Numbered from the stretch's first letter, positions 10,080 to 20,536 are shown. The stretch is 64,000 bases of DNA from Alphaproteobacteria bacterium (GCA_016124955.1 WGMR01000004.1:57491-121490), one strand, 5' to 3'. Program-made: numbers and translations. The notes: a model not told the origin generated them from the sequence alone.

Positions 10080-10454
10080 TTAATCCAGAACACCAAGCGC
10101 CTTTTCGATCAACGAGCCTTGTTCGCCTTCGAGCGGGCTTTGGCCCTGTTCGGCAAATCCATGCGCGCTTGCGGGCGCGGCTGAAGCGCCGCGATAGTAA
10201 TTGATTACAAAAAGCCGCACCGCGGCCGTAAGGCTGATGCCCTTGTCGCGACGGCGGTCGATGTTGCTGCACAGTTCAGCCACATCATGCCGTTCGCGCC
10301 TGGCGGCGTCTTCGAACGCGTTCCAGAAAATACGCTCAAGCCGTATCGATGTGCGCCGGCCGTTGACGCGGTAGTTGCGGCTGACAAAATCGGAAGCGCG
10401 CGCGCCGTCCGTGCTTGCACGCTCCTTTATGTCATTCTTGTTTTGACTGGCCAT
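10080..10454 (-). CDS. ribbon-helix-helix (RHH_4-type) domain protein
   Basis: SIRLERIFWNAFEDAARRERHDVAELCSNIDRRRDKGISLTAAVRLFVINYY matches the PF13467-type RHH family. No adjacent toxin partner. Confidence 0.6.
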   Translation of the reverse strand: MASQNKNDIKERASTDGARASDFVSRNYRVNGRRTSIRLERIFWNAFEDAARRERHDVAELCSNIDRRRDKGISLTAAVRLFVINYYRGASAAPASAHGFAEQGQSPLEGEQGSLIEKALGVLD

Positions 10455-10589
10455 ATTTTCCGGCCTTTCATCCCTGCGCGAAACGGCGTACCGGCGCGCA
10501 TACAGTTGTATTATAGCACATTATCATATTCATGCATATCGCCCGGCTTACACGCCAATTTGCGCACGCACAATAAGTTTTTCATCATC

Positions 10590-12137
10590 TTAGCTGCCGC
10601 GCCCGGCCCCGAGCCTGCGATATCCAAGCGCTTCAGCCACATGCCGGCGCTTCACGCCATCGGTGCCTTCAAGGTCGGCGAGCGTGCGCGCAACCCGTAA
10701 CATACGGTGGTAACCACGGGCCGACAGGCGCAGCCGTTCGGTCGCCTCGCCAAGCAATTGCCGGCCGGCATCATCCGGCCCCGCGACATGTTCAAGCAAT
10801 TCGCCGTCCGCTTCGGCATTGGTGCGCGGCGCTTGCGCGGTTTTATCGTTGGCGTTTGCGGCCCTCGCATAGCGTTCGCCCTGCATCGCGCGCGCATGCG
10901 CAACGCGCGCGGCAATATCTGCGCTGCTTTCGGCGGGCGGCGGCAGCGAAAGATCGCGCGCATCGACACGCGGCACATCGACATGGCAATCGATGCGATC
11001 GAGCAGCGGGCCGGAAAGCCGTGCCTGATAATCCTGCGCGCAGCGCGGCGCCTTGCCGCAAGCCTGCGCCGCGTCATCAAGATGTCCGCAGCGGCACGGA
11101 TTCATCGCTGCGACAAGCTGCACGCGCGCGGGGTAAGTCAGGTGATGATTGGCGCGCGCCACAACGGCGCGCCCGGTCTCGAGCGGCTGGCGCAGCGCCT
11201 CAAGCGCGCCGCGCTGGAATTCCGGCAGCTCGTCGAGGAACAGCACGCCGTTATGCGCGAGCGATATCTCGCCCGGGCGTGCGCGCATGCCGCCCCCCAC
11301 CAGCGCGGGCAGCGAAGCGGAATGGTGCGGATCGCGGAACGGGCGGCGGCGCAGCAATTTGCCGCCCTCCAGATGCCCGGCGAGCGAATGCACCATCGAA
11401 ACCTCGAGCGCCTCGGCCGGGCTTAGCGGGGGCAAAAGCCCGGGCAGCCGTGCGGCCAGCATGCTCTTGCCGCTGCCGGGCGGGCCGATCATCAGCAAAT
11501 TATGCCCGCCCGCCGCCACGACCTCGAGCGCACGCTTCGCTGTCTCCTGCCCCTTAATGTCGCGCATGTCCGGCGCGCCGCCTTGCTCGTCCGGCAACAG
11601 TTGCGCTTCGGGTCTTGGCAAAACCTGCGTGCCTTTGAAATGGTTGATCAGCGCAAGCAAATGCGGCGGCGCCAGAACGTTCACGCTTTCTCCCGCCCAT
11701 ACGGCCTCGCAGCCGTTGATGGCCGGGCAAATAATCCCCTTGCCGTGCGCGGCGGCAGCCACGGCGGCCGGCAAAACCCCGGCGACCGGCATCAAGGCAC
11801 CATCGAGCGCAAGCTCGCCAAGCGCGCAATAACCCGTAAGCTCGTCCAGGGGCAGAACGCCCATCGCGCACAGAACGCCGAGCGCGATCGGCAAATCGAA
11901 ATGGCTGCCTTCTTTCAGAACGTCGGCGGGCGCAAGATTGACGGTGATGCGCTTGGGCGGCAGCGCGAGCCCGAGTGCCTGCAGCGCGGCGCGCACGCGT
12001 TCCCGGCTTTCGGCCACCGCCTTATCGGGCAACCCGACCACCGCGAAAGCCACGATCCCGCTCGAAAGCTGCACCTGCACATCAATATCGCGCACATGCG
12101 TGCCTTCAAACGCAAAGGTGTGGATGCGAGCGGTCAT
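10590..12137 (-). CDS. comM: YifB/ComM-family Mg-chelatase-like AAA+ ATPase
   Basis: Lon-like N-terminal domain, Walker A GPPGSGKSMLA, VLFLDELPEF, and C-terminal zinc-ribbon-like CRCG. Confidence 0.85.
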   Translation of the reverse strand: MTARIHTFAFEGTHVRDIDVQVQLSSGIVAFAVVGLPDKAVAESRERVRAALQALGLALPPKRITVNLAPADVLKEGSHFDLPIALGVLCAMGVLPLDELTGYCALGELALDGALMPVAGVLPAAVAAAAHGKGIICPAINGCEAVWAGESVNVLAPPHLLALINHFKGTQVLPRPEAQLLPDEQGGAPDMRDIKGQETAKRALEVVAAGGHNLLMIGPPGSGKSMLAARLPGLLPPLSPAEALEVSMVHSLAGHLEGGKLLRRRPFRDPHHSASLPALVGGGMRARPGEISLAHNGVLFLDELPEFQRGALEALRQPLETGRAVVARANHHLTYPARVQLVAAMNPCRCGHLDDAAQACGKAPRCAQDYQARLSGPLLDRIDCHVDVPRVDARDLSLPPPAESSADIAARVAHARAMQGERYARAANANDKTAQAPRTNAEADGELLEHVAGPDDAGRQLLGEATERLRLSARGYHRMLRVARTLADLEGTDGVKRRHVAEALGYRRLGAGRGS

Positions 12138-12243
12138 GGCTGTGGGGTTTGTTATTGCGGAAAGAAGGGGCGTTCAGGGTGCCGCGCGGAACGCGCGCGG
12201 TCAAGCAAGTGTGTGCAAACGCACGAAAGCGGGGCCGACAATC

Positions 12244-12672
12244 CTATGCGCTGCGACGCAGACGTTCGATCTGCGGGCGCGGTTCTTGCTTCTGCGCGGC
12301 GCGCCAGGCTTGCGCGCTGTCGAAAACCTGACCGCGCGCATAGACGGCGGGGTCGCCCTTTTTCCGGATCGCATAACCGCCCTGCGCGCCCGCAGGCTGG
12401 CTTGGCGTCACGGGCACGAGCGAACCGAACGGGTCAAGCCCCCATGCGATCACGGGCTCGAACGCGGTATCGCCTTGCGCATCGGCGAACAGGCATTCCC
12501 ATTCCGCCGTAACGGGGATCAGCGATGTGACGGCACCGGCGATGCCTTTGTGATTGTTGTCGATCACCTGATTGCCGGAAACGATCTTGTAGCCGCCATC
12601 GCTGCGGCCTTCCAGCTTCTGGATCTGATCGAGATTTACGTAACCGCTCGCGGTGCAAACGAAAATTGTCAT
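12244..12672 (-). CDS. hypothetical protein (142 aa)
   Basis: ORF from MTIFVCTASGYVNLDQ...; no family recognised. Confidence 0.4.
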   Translation of the reverse strand: MTIFVCTASGYVNLDQIQKLEGRSDGGYKIVSGNQVIDNNHKGIAGAVTSLIPVTAEWECLFADAQGDTAFEPVIAWGLDPFGSLVPVTPSQPAGAQGGYAIRKKGDPAVYARGQVFDSAQAWRAAQKQEPRPQIERLRRSA

Positions 12673-12799
12673 GGAGCTCTTCCGGGCAATCGGTATCGGT
12701 CTATGGCAAAGTGTGCCACGCAAAGGCCCGCTTGGCCATAGTTTGTTTCGGCTGCGTATCAGAAAGCCCCACCGCAATCTTTACCAATATATGGCCCGG

Positions 12800-13771
12800 C
12801 TATCGGCCCATGGCGGCGCGGCGCGCTTCCACCGCATCCCAGAACTTCATGGAAATCGCTTGGCCCGCAGCCGCGCTCTCGACCTCCGCGACCTGCATGA
12901 TCCCGCTCGGCGATGTCACGTTGATCTCGGTCAGGTAATCGCCGATCACATCGATCCCGACGAACACGAGCCCGCGTTCACGCAAAACCGGGCCGAGCGC
13001 CGCCACGATCTCGCGCTCGCGCGGCGTAATCTGCGTTGCGGCAAGGTGCCCGCCGGCATAGGGGCTGGCGCGCACCTCTTCGGGGCCCGGAATGCGGTTG
13101 AGCGCGCCCGCAATCTCGCCTTCGATCAGGATGATGCGCTTGTCGCCCTGCGCGATCGCGGGCAAATATTGCTGCGCCATCCACGGCGCGCGATCGGTTT
13201 TGGAAAACATCGCAAGCAAATTGCCGCGGTTGTCGTCGCCGGTGCGCAAATGAAACACCATATGCCCGCTATGCATGAACAGCGGTTTGATCACGATGCT
13301 GCCGTGCTTGGCATGAAATTCCTTCACCGCCTCGATATCGCGCGTAATCAGCGTCGGCGGCATGAATTGCGAAAAATGCGTGACCAGAATTTTTTCCGGC
13401 GCGTTACGAACGGAAGCCGGGTCGTTGACCACCAGCACATCGCCCGTCACGCGCTCAAGCAGATGCGTAGCCGTGATGTAAGCAAGATCAAAGGGCGGGT
13501 CCTGCCGCATCAGGATCACATCGAAATCGTGCAGATTCACGGGCCGGCACGCCCCGAGCGTATAAAATTTCTCGTTGCTTTCATGAACCTCCATGTCGCG
13601 CCCGCGCGCCAGAACGCAGCGGCGCTCGCTGCACCATGTCAGCTCTTCCGGCCTATAATAGAAAATGCTGTGGCCGCGCGCACGGGCTGCGCGCAGCATC
13701 GCCAGCGTCGTATCGGTGGCGGGCTTGATGCGCGAAAGCGCATCCATCTGTACCGCAACGCGCAATCCCAT
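12800..13771 (-). CDS. gshB: glutathione synthetase (ATP-grasp)
   Basis: MGLRVAVQMD...FYYRPEEL...IVIKPL...QQYLPA...GD(K)RIILIEGE... typical prokaryotic GshB. Confidence 0.85.
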   Translation of the reverse strand: MGLRVAVQMDALSRIKPATDTTLAMLRAARARGHSIFYYRPEELTWCSERRCVLARGRDMEVHESNEKFYTLGACRPVNLHDFDVILMRQDPPFDLAYITATHLLERVTGDVLVVNDPASVRNAPEKILVTHFSQFMPPTLITRDIEAVKEFHAKHGSIVIKPLFMHSGHMVFHLRTGDDNRGNLLAMFSKTDRAPWMAQQYLPAIAQGDKRIILIEGEIAGALNRIPGPEEVRASPYAGGHLAATQITPREREIVAALGPVLRERGLVFVGIDVIGDYLTEINVTSPSGIMQVAEVESAAAGQAISMKFWDAVEARRAAMGR

Positions 13772-13857
13772 GCTCGCATCCCGCCTGTCGTTGAAAAACC
13801 GCCGCGCACCGCGCGGCGGAAACCATAGGCAATCCGGCCCTTGCGGCAAAGCGGATT

Positions 13858-14217
13858 TTACGGCCGCCAGGCGTCCTGCACATGCACCGGCCAAGCCCAG
13901 GGCGCGACGGCCATCACATCAAAACGCACGGTCTTGCCTGTATGTTCGCGCTTGCCGGCAAGGAAATGCTGCGCCGCACGCGCCAAACGTATCCGCTGCT
14001 GCATGCTGACGGCGGCCAGCGCTTCGGTCGTGGTGCGGCGCGCCTTGACCTCGATCACGGCAACGATACCGCCGCGCGCGGCCACAATATCAATTTCGCC
14101 TGCCGGGGTGCGCAGCCGCGCGGCCAGAATGCTGTAGCCGCGCAGCAATAAAACAAGCTGGCACATTTTCTCGGCGAATTTTCCGGTGTGGTAGCGGGCC
14201 CTGCGCTCTTCGTTCAT
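13858..14217 (-). CDS. yraN: YraN-family (UPF0102) endonuclease-like protein
   Basis: ...GEIDIVAARGGIVAVIEVKAR... restriction-endonuclease-like fold motif. Its start overlaps the rsmI stop (ATGA). Confidence 0.8.
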   Translation of the reverse strand: MNEERRARYHTGKFAEKMCQLVLLLRGYSILAARLRTPAGEIDIVAARGGIVAVIEVKARRTTTEALAAVSMQQRIRLARAAQHFLAGKREHTGKTVRFDVMAVAPWAWPVHVQDAWRP

Positions 14218-15158
14218 GTCCGCGCGCGGCGCTTGCCGTCCGCGGCGGCCGCGCCGCCCGTAAGCGCCAGCGCCCTGCTGTAAATTGCGCGGCGCTTGCC
14301 GCCGATGGCGGCGGCGACCAGCGCGGCGGCGTCGCGCACGGAATTGCTTTCCAGCGCATCCTTCAGCATCGCATCGATATCCGCCTCTTCCGGCTTTTTG
14401 GGCCCGGGCGGGCCGACGACGATCACCGCCTCGCCCTTCGGCGCTTCCGCTTTGGCATAACGGACGGCAAGGTCGGTCAACGTGCCGCGCTGCACGTCTT
14501 CGAACATCTTGGTCATCTCGCGCGCCACGGCGGCATGGCGCGGCGCCAATGCGCGGTCAAGCGCGGCCAGCGTGGCCGCAAGCCGCGTGGGCGCTTCATA
14601 TATCACCAATGTTGCGGGCACATCCTTCAGCTCGGCAATGGCGATATCGCGCGCGCGCGTCTTGGTCGGCAAAAACCCCGCGAATAAAAATCTGTCGGGA
14701 GGAAGCCCGGAAAGCTGCAGCGCGGTCAGCGCGGCCGAAGCGCCGGGCAGCGCGGTGACGGGGATGTTGTGATCGATGCAATCACGCACCAGCTTATAAC
14801 CCGGGTCCGAGACAAGCGGCGTGCCCGCATCGCTGACAAGCGCAATCGTATCGCCCGCACGCAAACGATTGACGAGCACAAGCCGCTGCCGGTCCGCATT
14901 ATGGTCGTGATAGGGCGTAAGATGGGCGCGTATGCCGTAGCGCGCGAGCAGCGCGCCGGTGGTGCGCGTGTCTTCGCAAGCCACGCAGCCCGCGGTGGAA
15001 AGCAGCGCGAGCGCGCGCAGCGTAATGTCGCCGCTATGACCGATCGGCATGGCGACAAGATAGAGGCCGGGGGCAAAATCTTGCGCGGCGGGCGGTTTAC
15101 TTCCCGCGTCCGTCCCGCTAGCTTTGTGCGCAACCTTTTCGCCCGCACCCTGCCGCAT
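14214..15158 (-). CDS. rsmI: 16S rRNA (cytidine1402-2'-O)-methyltransferase
   Basis: GLYLVAMPIGHSGDITLRALALL...CEDTR... tetrapyrrole-methylase fold. Several in-frame ATGs exist (15158, 15221, 15260, 15296); 15158 was chosen. Confidence 0.75.
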   Translation of the reverse strand: MRQGAGEKVAHKASGTDAGSKPPAAQDFAPGLYLVAMPIGHSGDITLRALALLSTAGCVACEDTRTTGALLARYGIRAHLTPYHDHNADRQRLVLVNRLRAGDTIALVSDAGTPLVSDPGYKLVRDCIDHNIPVTALPGASAALTALQLSGLPPDRFLFAGFLPTKTRARDIAIAELKDVPATLVIYEAPTRLAATLAALDRALAPRHAAVAREMTKMFEDVQRGTLTDLAVRYAKAEAPKGEAVIVVGPPGPKKPEEADIDAMLKDALESNSVRDAAALVAAAIGGKRRAIYSRALALTGGAAAADGKRRART

Positions 15159-15199
15159 CGCGGCAAGGGCCGTTCGGGCAATTTCGGAGTAATCTTGCG

Positions 15200-16546
15200 A
15201 TGCGCGTTTCGCCTTTGTCATGTCTGCGCCTGGTTCCGGCTTTCGGGCTCGTTCTGGCATGCCTTGTTGCCTGCGGCGGCACTGTACCCGGTTCAAGGCA
15301 ACAGACGCAAATCATACCCCCCGCCTGGCCGCAGGGCGGGAAGGAACCCCCGCCTTATTACGGCGAACGCATGCAGCCCCCCGCCCGGCTGGACCGGCAG
15401 GCGCTGCCGCGCAATATCGGCCAGCCTTATACGGGTCCGGCGGGCGCCGCGCAGCCGGGCAAGCAGGTTTATAACCTTTCCGGGCAGGACAGGCACGGCC
15501 CTTCCATGGGCGGCACAAGCCCGGCGGTGCAAACCGCGCCGGCGACGCGCGTCGCGCTTTTGCTGCCGCTTTCCGGCGCGCAGGCAAAGCTGGGCATGGC
15601 GTTGCAAAACGCGGCGCAGCTCGCGGTGTTCGACAATGCCGGCAACGATTTCGAATTGATGCCGCGCGACACGGGCGATACGCCCGAAGGCGCGCAACTG
15701 GCGCTGCGCGATGCGCTGGCGAGCGGCGCGAAGCTGATCATCGGCCCGCTGTTTTCTTCCTCGGTCTCCGCGATCAAGCCGCTGGCGCAAAGCGCGAATG
15801 TGCCGGTGCTGGCGCTATCGAACGATACCGCGATGGCGGGCGAAAATATCTACATCACCGGCTTTTCCCCCGCGGCGCAGGTTGAACGCATCATCGGGTT
15901 CGCGCAAACGCAGGGCGTGAAGCGTATCGCGGCGCTGGTGCCGCGCGGCGGGTATGGCGATGTCGTGCAAGGCGCGCTTGCCGGCGCCGCCGCGCGCAGC
16001 GGCGCGAAGATCGTGCGCATCGAACAATATGATCCGGCGGCAATGGTGATGGGCGCACAGCTCGACACTATCGCAAAGTCGCAAGGCGGGATCGACGGCA
16101 TCCTGATTGCCGAAGGCGGCGACAGGTTGCGCAGCATCGCCACGCAATTGGCGGCGCGCGGCATCGATCTTTCCCGCATCCATCTTCTCGGCACCGGTTT
16201 GTGGGATGAAGCGGATGTCGGGCGCGGCGCGCCCGCGCTGGCGGGCGGCTGGTTCGCCGCGCCGGACAACGGGCGGCTGGGCAGCTTCATCGCCAGTTAC
16301 GAGGAAACCTTCGGGCAAAAGCCGCCGCGCATCGCCTCGCTGGCCTATGACGCGGCCGCCATGGCGGTCACGCTGAGCCGCCGCGCGGGCAGCCTGACCC
16401 CGGCGGCGCTTTCCGGCATGCGCACCTTCGAAGGTATTGACGGCCCCATCCGCCTGACGGCGGCGGGCCGGGTCGAACGCAGCCTCGCGGTCTATCAGGT
16501 TACGCCCGAAGGCATCGCCCGGACGGACGAAGCGCCGGGGTTGTAA
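15200..16546 (+). CDS. LpoA-like penicillin-binding-protein activator / periplasmic-binding-protein-fold lipoprotein
   Basis: Lipobox signal peptide (LVAC). VALLLPLSGAQAKLGMALQNAAQLAV...IGPLFSSSV PBP-type-1 fold. Divergent from rsmI-yraN, the same neighbourhood as E. coli yraL|yraM(lpoA)-yraN. Confidence 0.6.
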   Translation: MRVSPLSCLRLVPAFGLVLACLVACGGTVPGSRQQTQIIPPAWPQGGKEPPPYYGERMQPPARLDRQALPRNIGQPYTGPAGAAQPGKQVYNLSGQDRHGPSMGGTSPAVQTAPATRVALLLPLSGAQAKLGMALQNAAQLAVFDNAGNDFELMPRDTGDTPEGAQLALRDALASGAKLIIGPLFSSSVSAIKPLAQSANVPVLALSNDTAMAGENIYITGFSPAAQVERIIGFAQTQGVKRIAALVPRGGYGDVVQGALAGAAARSGAKIVRIEQYDPAAMVMGAQLDTIAKSQGGIDGILIAEGGDRLRSIATQLAARGIDLSRIHLLGTGLWDEADVGRGAPALAGGWFAAPDNGRLGSFIASYEETFGQKPPRIASLAYDAAAMAVTLSRRAGSLTPAALSGMRTFEGIDGPIRLTAAGRVERSLAVYQVTPEGIARTDEAPGL

Positions 16547-16874
16547 AACGGCGCAGTCGCGGTTTCGGGCGGCGAACGCATGTGAGCGCCCGCAGAACAG
16601 TCGCGCAAAAACAAATACCTAAAATTTGATCTATCGCGTTTTTTTCCGCGCCGGCGGATTTATCGTTTCGAAATCCCCTCAAATTGCTTGCAAGTAAAGA
16701 CGGCCCCTCTGGGCAGGCCGTGATGCAAGTAAAACGGGGCCTGAAAACAGGGGGTTTTGGGGGTGCCGAATTAGTTGCGAACAATTTGAGTTAAATTGTT
16801 AATTTATCAATTGTATCAATGACTTAGCTGCGAAAATTCAGGTCCTGTTAACCGCGCCCGCTTAACCTGAACCT

Positions 16875-17969
16875 ATGAGCAGCACGCATGAAAAAGAACG
16901 CAAATTGGGCCTGATCCGGGTAAGGGGCGTAAACGGCCATGCCGATTTCGTCCGCTACACCAACGACAAACGCTCTTTCACCCAGGACCTGCTGACCGAG
17001 CTGCGCAACAACCCGGCCCGCAAGAACGAACTCGATATCCGCAGCCTCGATCTTTCCGGCGCGGATCTCAGCAAGATGGATCTCAGCGGCCTGAACCTCG
17101 CGGGCATGAACCTCAAGGGCGCGAACCTCAAGGGCGCGAACCTGACCAACACCAACCTGCGCGGCGCGAACCTCGAAGGCTGCAACCTCGAAGGCGCGAA
17201 CTTCTCGGGCGCGAACCTGCAGAACGCAAAGCTGGCCGGTTCCAAGATCGGCGGCGCGGTGTTCGACCGCACCGATGCGCGCGGCGCGGATTTCACCAAG
17301 GTGCGCGGTGCCGCCCTGTTCAACGGCGGCTTTGCCGGTGCCTGCTTCGCCGGCGCGCAGATCGCGGGCTCCAACCTTCGCGACAGCAACTTCGACAACG
17401 CGCAGATGCGCGGCGTGGACCTGACCAACGCCACCGGCGACAACGTGAAATTCACCAATGCCAAGATGCAGGGCGCCAGCCTGAACAACGCGGCGCTGGA
17501 TAATGCCAACTTTTCGGGCGCTGATCTGCAGGGCGCTGATCTGCGCTACGCCGGCCTGCGCCATGCTTCGTTCGCCAGCGCGAACCTTTCGGGCGCACTG
17601 GTCAACGGCAGCACCGATCTGGGCAAGGCCGATCTGAGCTACGCCGCCACCGCCGGCACCAACATCACCGTCGCCAACATTGCCGGCGCCGAGCTGCGCG
17701 GCATGAAGTTCGGTAACCGGAACATGACCGACCGCGCCGAAAGCACCCTGATCGCAGGCAACGCGGCGCTGGAAACCGATTACAAGGGCGGCAACGACAG
17801 CTGCCGTCCGGTGATGTCCTTCAAGGCGGGTGACCGCTACGCCTCGCTCAAGGCGGCCCCCGGCCCGTCACTGACCGTGCGCAAGCCGGGCACGGAACTG
17901 GAAATGCCGGTGCGCCCGGCCGCGGCCTTCAAGCACGCGTTCCCGACCCCCTCGCCGATGGCGGCGTAA
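16875..17969 (+). CDS. pentapeptide-repeat protein
   Basis: More than 30 tandem A(D/N)LxG-type pentapeptides (GANLKGANLTNTNLRGANLEGCNLEGANFSGANL...). Confidence 0.8.
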   Translation: MSSTHEKERKLGLIRVRGVNGHADFVRYTNDKRSFTQDLLTELRNNPARKNELDIRSLDLSGADLSKMDLSGLNLAGMNLKGANLKGANLTNTNLRGANLEGCNLEGANFSGANLQNAKLAGSKIGGAVFDRTDARGADFTKVRGAALFNGGFAGACFAGAQIAGSNLRDSNFDNAQMRGVDLTNATGDNVKFTNAKMQGASLNNAALDNANFSGADLQGADLRYAGLRHASFASANLSGALVNGSTDLGKADLSYAATAGTNITVANIAGAELRGMKFGNRNMTDRAESTLIAGNAALETDYKGGNDSCRPVMSFKAGDRYASLKAAPGPSLTVRKPGTELEMPVRPAAAFKHAFPTPSPMAA

Positions 17970-17997
17970 TCGCCCGGAAAACAAGGGTTTCCAGGTT

Positions 17998-19164
17998 CTA
18001 GGCGGTTTCGTCCGCCAGCAAATACCCAAGCACGCCGTTCAATCTTTGCAGCCCCGCAGGCGTGGCGCGCAGCGCCGTATCATCCAGCGCAATCAACCCT
18101 TCTTCCGCAAGCTTCGTGATTTTCCGTGCCGGCAGCGTATCCGCAATATCGCCGCCGAACTTTGCGCGCCAATGCGCCCGGGCTATGCCGGTGCGCAGCC
18201 GCAGCCCCATCATCAGCGCTTCGCGCTGCGCCGTTGCGCTGCCTATGCCGTCGCAAAGACGCTGCCCGTGCCCGTCCCGCTCCACCTGCCCAAGCCACAC
18301 TTCTGGCATGCGGTGGTTTTCGGTGGCAAAGCGCGCGCCGTCCGCGCCCGCATAGCGCCCGTGCGCCCCGGCGCCGATACCGATGTAATCATTATAATGC
18401 CAGTAAGCCAGATTATGACGCGAAGCATCGCCCGCGCGCGCATGGTTTGAGATTTCGTATGCGGGCAACCCGGCCGCTTCCATAATTTCCTGCGTCAGCT
18501 CATACATCGTGCCCGCTTCTTCGGTTTCCGCCGCCAGCTTCTCGCCGCGCCCTGCGCGGGTCGCGAACTGCGTGCCGGGCTCTATCGTCAACTGGTAAAG
18601 CGAAAGATGCCCGCGTGCCATAACAAGCGCGTCCGCCAATTCGGCGCGCCATGCGGCTTGCGTCTGCCCGGCGCGGGCATAGATAAGATCGAAGGAAAAA
18701 CGCGGGAATATTTTGGCCGCCAGCGCAACCGCGGCACGCGCTTCGGCGGCGCTGTGCCCGCGCCCCAATGCCATAAGCGCGGCATCATCAAGCGCCTGCA
18801 CGCCAAGCGAAACGCGCCCCACCCCGGCCGTGCGCAAATCGCGGAACTTCCCGGCTTCGACCGATGTCGGGTTGGCTTCCAGGGTAATTTCGATATCGTC
18901 CGCCGCGCGCCAGTACTGCGTAGCGGCATCCACCAGCGCGGCGACATGGGCCGGGTCCATCAGCGAAGGCGTGCCGCCGCCGAAAAAAATGGATGCAAGC
19001 GTGCGCCCGGGCAAAAGCGCGGCATAGTGCCCAAGTTCGCGCAGCAGCGCGGCGGCGACGCCGTCTGCGGGGGCATTGTCCCGCACATGGCTGTTGAAAT
19101 CGCAATAGGGGCATTTGCTGAGGCAAAAGGGCCAGTGGATATAAAGCGCGAGCGTATCGCTCAT
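17998..19164 (-). CDS. hemW: radical-SAM haem chaperone HemW (HemN-like)
   Basis: LYIHWPFCLSKCPYCDFNS CxxxCxxC motif. Its start overlaps the rdgB stop by 4 nt. Confidence 0.85.
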   Translation of the reverse strand: MSDTLALYIHWPFCLSKCPYCDFNSHVRDNAPADGVAAALLRELGHYAALLPGRTLASIFFGGGTPSLMDPAHVAALVDAATQYWRAADDIEITLEANPTSVEAGKFRDLRTAGVGRVSLGVQALDDAALMALGRGHSAAEARAAVALAAKIFPRFSFDLIYARAGQTQAAWRAELADALVMARGHLSLYQLTIEPGTQFATRAGRGEKLAAETEEAGTMYELTQEIMEAAGLPAYEISNHARAGDASRHNLAYWHYNDYIGIGAGAHGRYAGADGARFATENHRMPEVWLGQVERDGHGQRLCDGIGSATAQREALMMGLRLRTGIARAHWRAKFGGDIADTLPARKITKLAEEGLIALDDTALRATPAGLQRLNGVLGYLLADETA

Positions 19165-19757
19165 TCCCAGAAACAGCGTTCGATAAGTTTCCGGAATGCC
19201 TGCGCGCGGTGGCTGATGCGCTGCTTTTTCAGCGGGCTCATTTCCGCAAAGGTGCGGTTGCTGCCCGCCGGCACAAAGAACGGATCGTATCCAAACCCGG
19301 CATCGCCGCGCGGCGGCCACACAATGGCGCCATCGATACGCCCGACGACGGTTTCGCAATGCCCGTCCGGCCAGGCCAGCGCCAGCGCGCAAATAAAGCA
19401 TGCGCTGCGGTCCGGCGCGTCGGCCATGCGTTCGTGGACATGCTGCATGGCGGCTTCGAAATCCTTTTCGCCTGCGGCATTTTTTGGCGCCCAGCGGGCC
19501 GAGCGAATGCCGGGTTCGCCGCCCAGCGCGGTGACGCTCAGGCCGCTATCGTCCGCAAGCGCAATTTCGTTCGCCGTCTGCGCGGCGGTGCGGGCCTTGA
19601 TCATGGCGTTGGCGGAAAAGCTGTCGCCCGATTCTTCCGGCTCGTCCAGCCCAAGTTCGCCCGCGCTGACGATCGCGAGCCGGTGCGGTTCGCTCACGCG
19701 GCCGCCGAGAAAGCCGCGGATCTCGACAAGCTTGTCATGGTTGTGCGTAGCCGCCAC
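19161..19757 (-). CDS. rdgB: non-canonical purine NTP pyrophosphatase (RdgB/Ham1)
   Basis: (M)AATHNHDKLVEIRGFL...FSANAMIKA...PRGDAGFGYDPFF. GTG start at 19757 chosen for its RdgB-like length; an alternative GTG at 19826 overlaps the rph stop (GTGA). Confidence 0.8.
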   Translation of the reverse strand: MAATHNHDKLVEIRGFLGGRVSEPHRLAIVSAGELGLDEPEESGDSFSANAMIKARTAAQTANEIALADDSGLSVTALGGEPGIRSARWAPKNAAGEKDFEAAMQHVHERMADAPDRSACFICALALAWPDGHCETVVGRIDGAIVWPPRGDAGFGYDPFFVPAGSNRTFAEMSPLKKQRISHRAQAFRKLIERCFWE

Positions 19758-19822
19758 AAGCCGCGGCGCATCGAAGCGGCGGCCGCGATAGCGCGCGGCG
19801 TTCGGCGCGGCCGCAAGCACGC

Positions 19823-20536
19823 TCACGCCAGGGCTTCCTGCTGCTTGGCGCGCAAAATCGCGGTGCCTTCGCGCGCAAGCTTCATCAGCTGCTGGAACTG
19901 TTCTTCGGAAAACGGCTTCTGTTCGGCGGTGCCCTGCACCTCCACGATTCCGCCGCTGCCCGTAAGCACGAAGTTCGCATCCGCCTGCGCGTTGCTGTCT
20001 TCCGCGTAATCGAGATCGAGCACGGCGGCATTGTTGTAAAGGCCGCACGAAATCGCGGCGACGCTGTCGGTCAGCGGCGGTTTCTTCAGCCGACCGATGC
20101 GCACCAGATGCTTGCAAGCGAGCGCAAGCGCGACATAGCCGCCGGTAATCGCGGCGGTGCGCGTACCGCCGTCGGCCTGCAGCACATCGCAATCGATCTT
20201 GATCTGCATTTCGCCGAGCGCGGCGCGGTCGGTCACCGCGCGCAGCGCGCGCCCGATCAGCCGCTGGATTTCCTGCGTTCGTCCGCTTTGTTTGCCTTTT
20301 GCCGCTTCGCGCTCGGTGCGCTCCGATGTGGCGCGCGGCAGCATGCCGTATTCCGCCGTCACCCAGCCAAGACCGGTGCCGCGCAGCCAGGATGGCGTGC
20401 GCTCATCGATGCTGGCGGTACACAATACATGTGTATCGCCGCATTTGATCAGACACGATCCTTCGGCATATTTCGCGGCATTGATATCGAGCTGGATGGC
20501 GCGCAGCTCGCCTACGGTTCTTCCGGATGGACGCAT
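19823..20536 (-). CDS. rph: ribonuclease PH
   Basis: [19 protein letters not shown]...[11 protein letters not shown]...[13 protein letters not shown]...; AAGGAA RBS upstream. Confidence 0.9.
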   Translation of the reverse strand: MRPSGRTVGELRAIQLDINAAKYAEGSCLIKCGDTHVLCTASIDERTPSWLRGTGLGWVTAEYGMLPRATSERTEREAAKGKQSGRTQEIQRLIGRALRAVTDRAALGEMQIKIDCDVLQADGGTRTAAITGGYVALALACKHLVRIGRLKKPPLTDSVAAISCGLYNNAAVLDLDYAEDSNAQADANFVLTGSGGIVEVQGTAEQKPFSEEQFQQLMKLAREGTAILRAKQQEALA

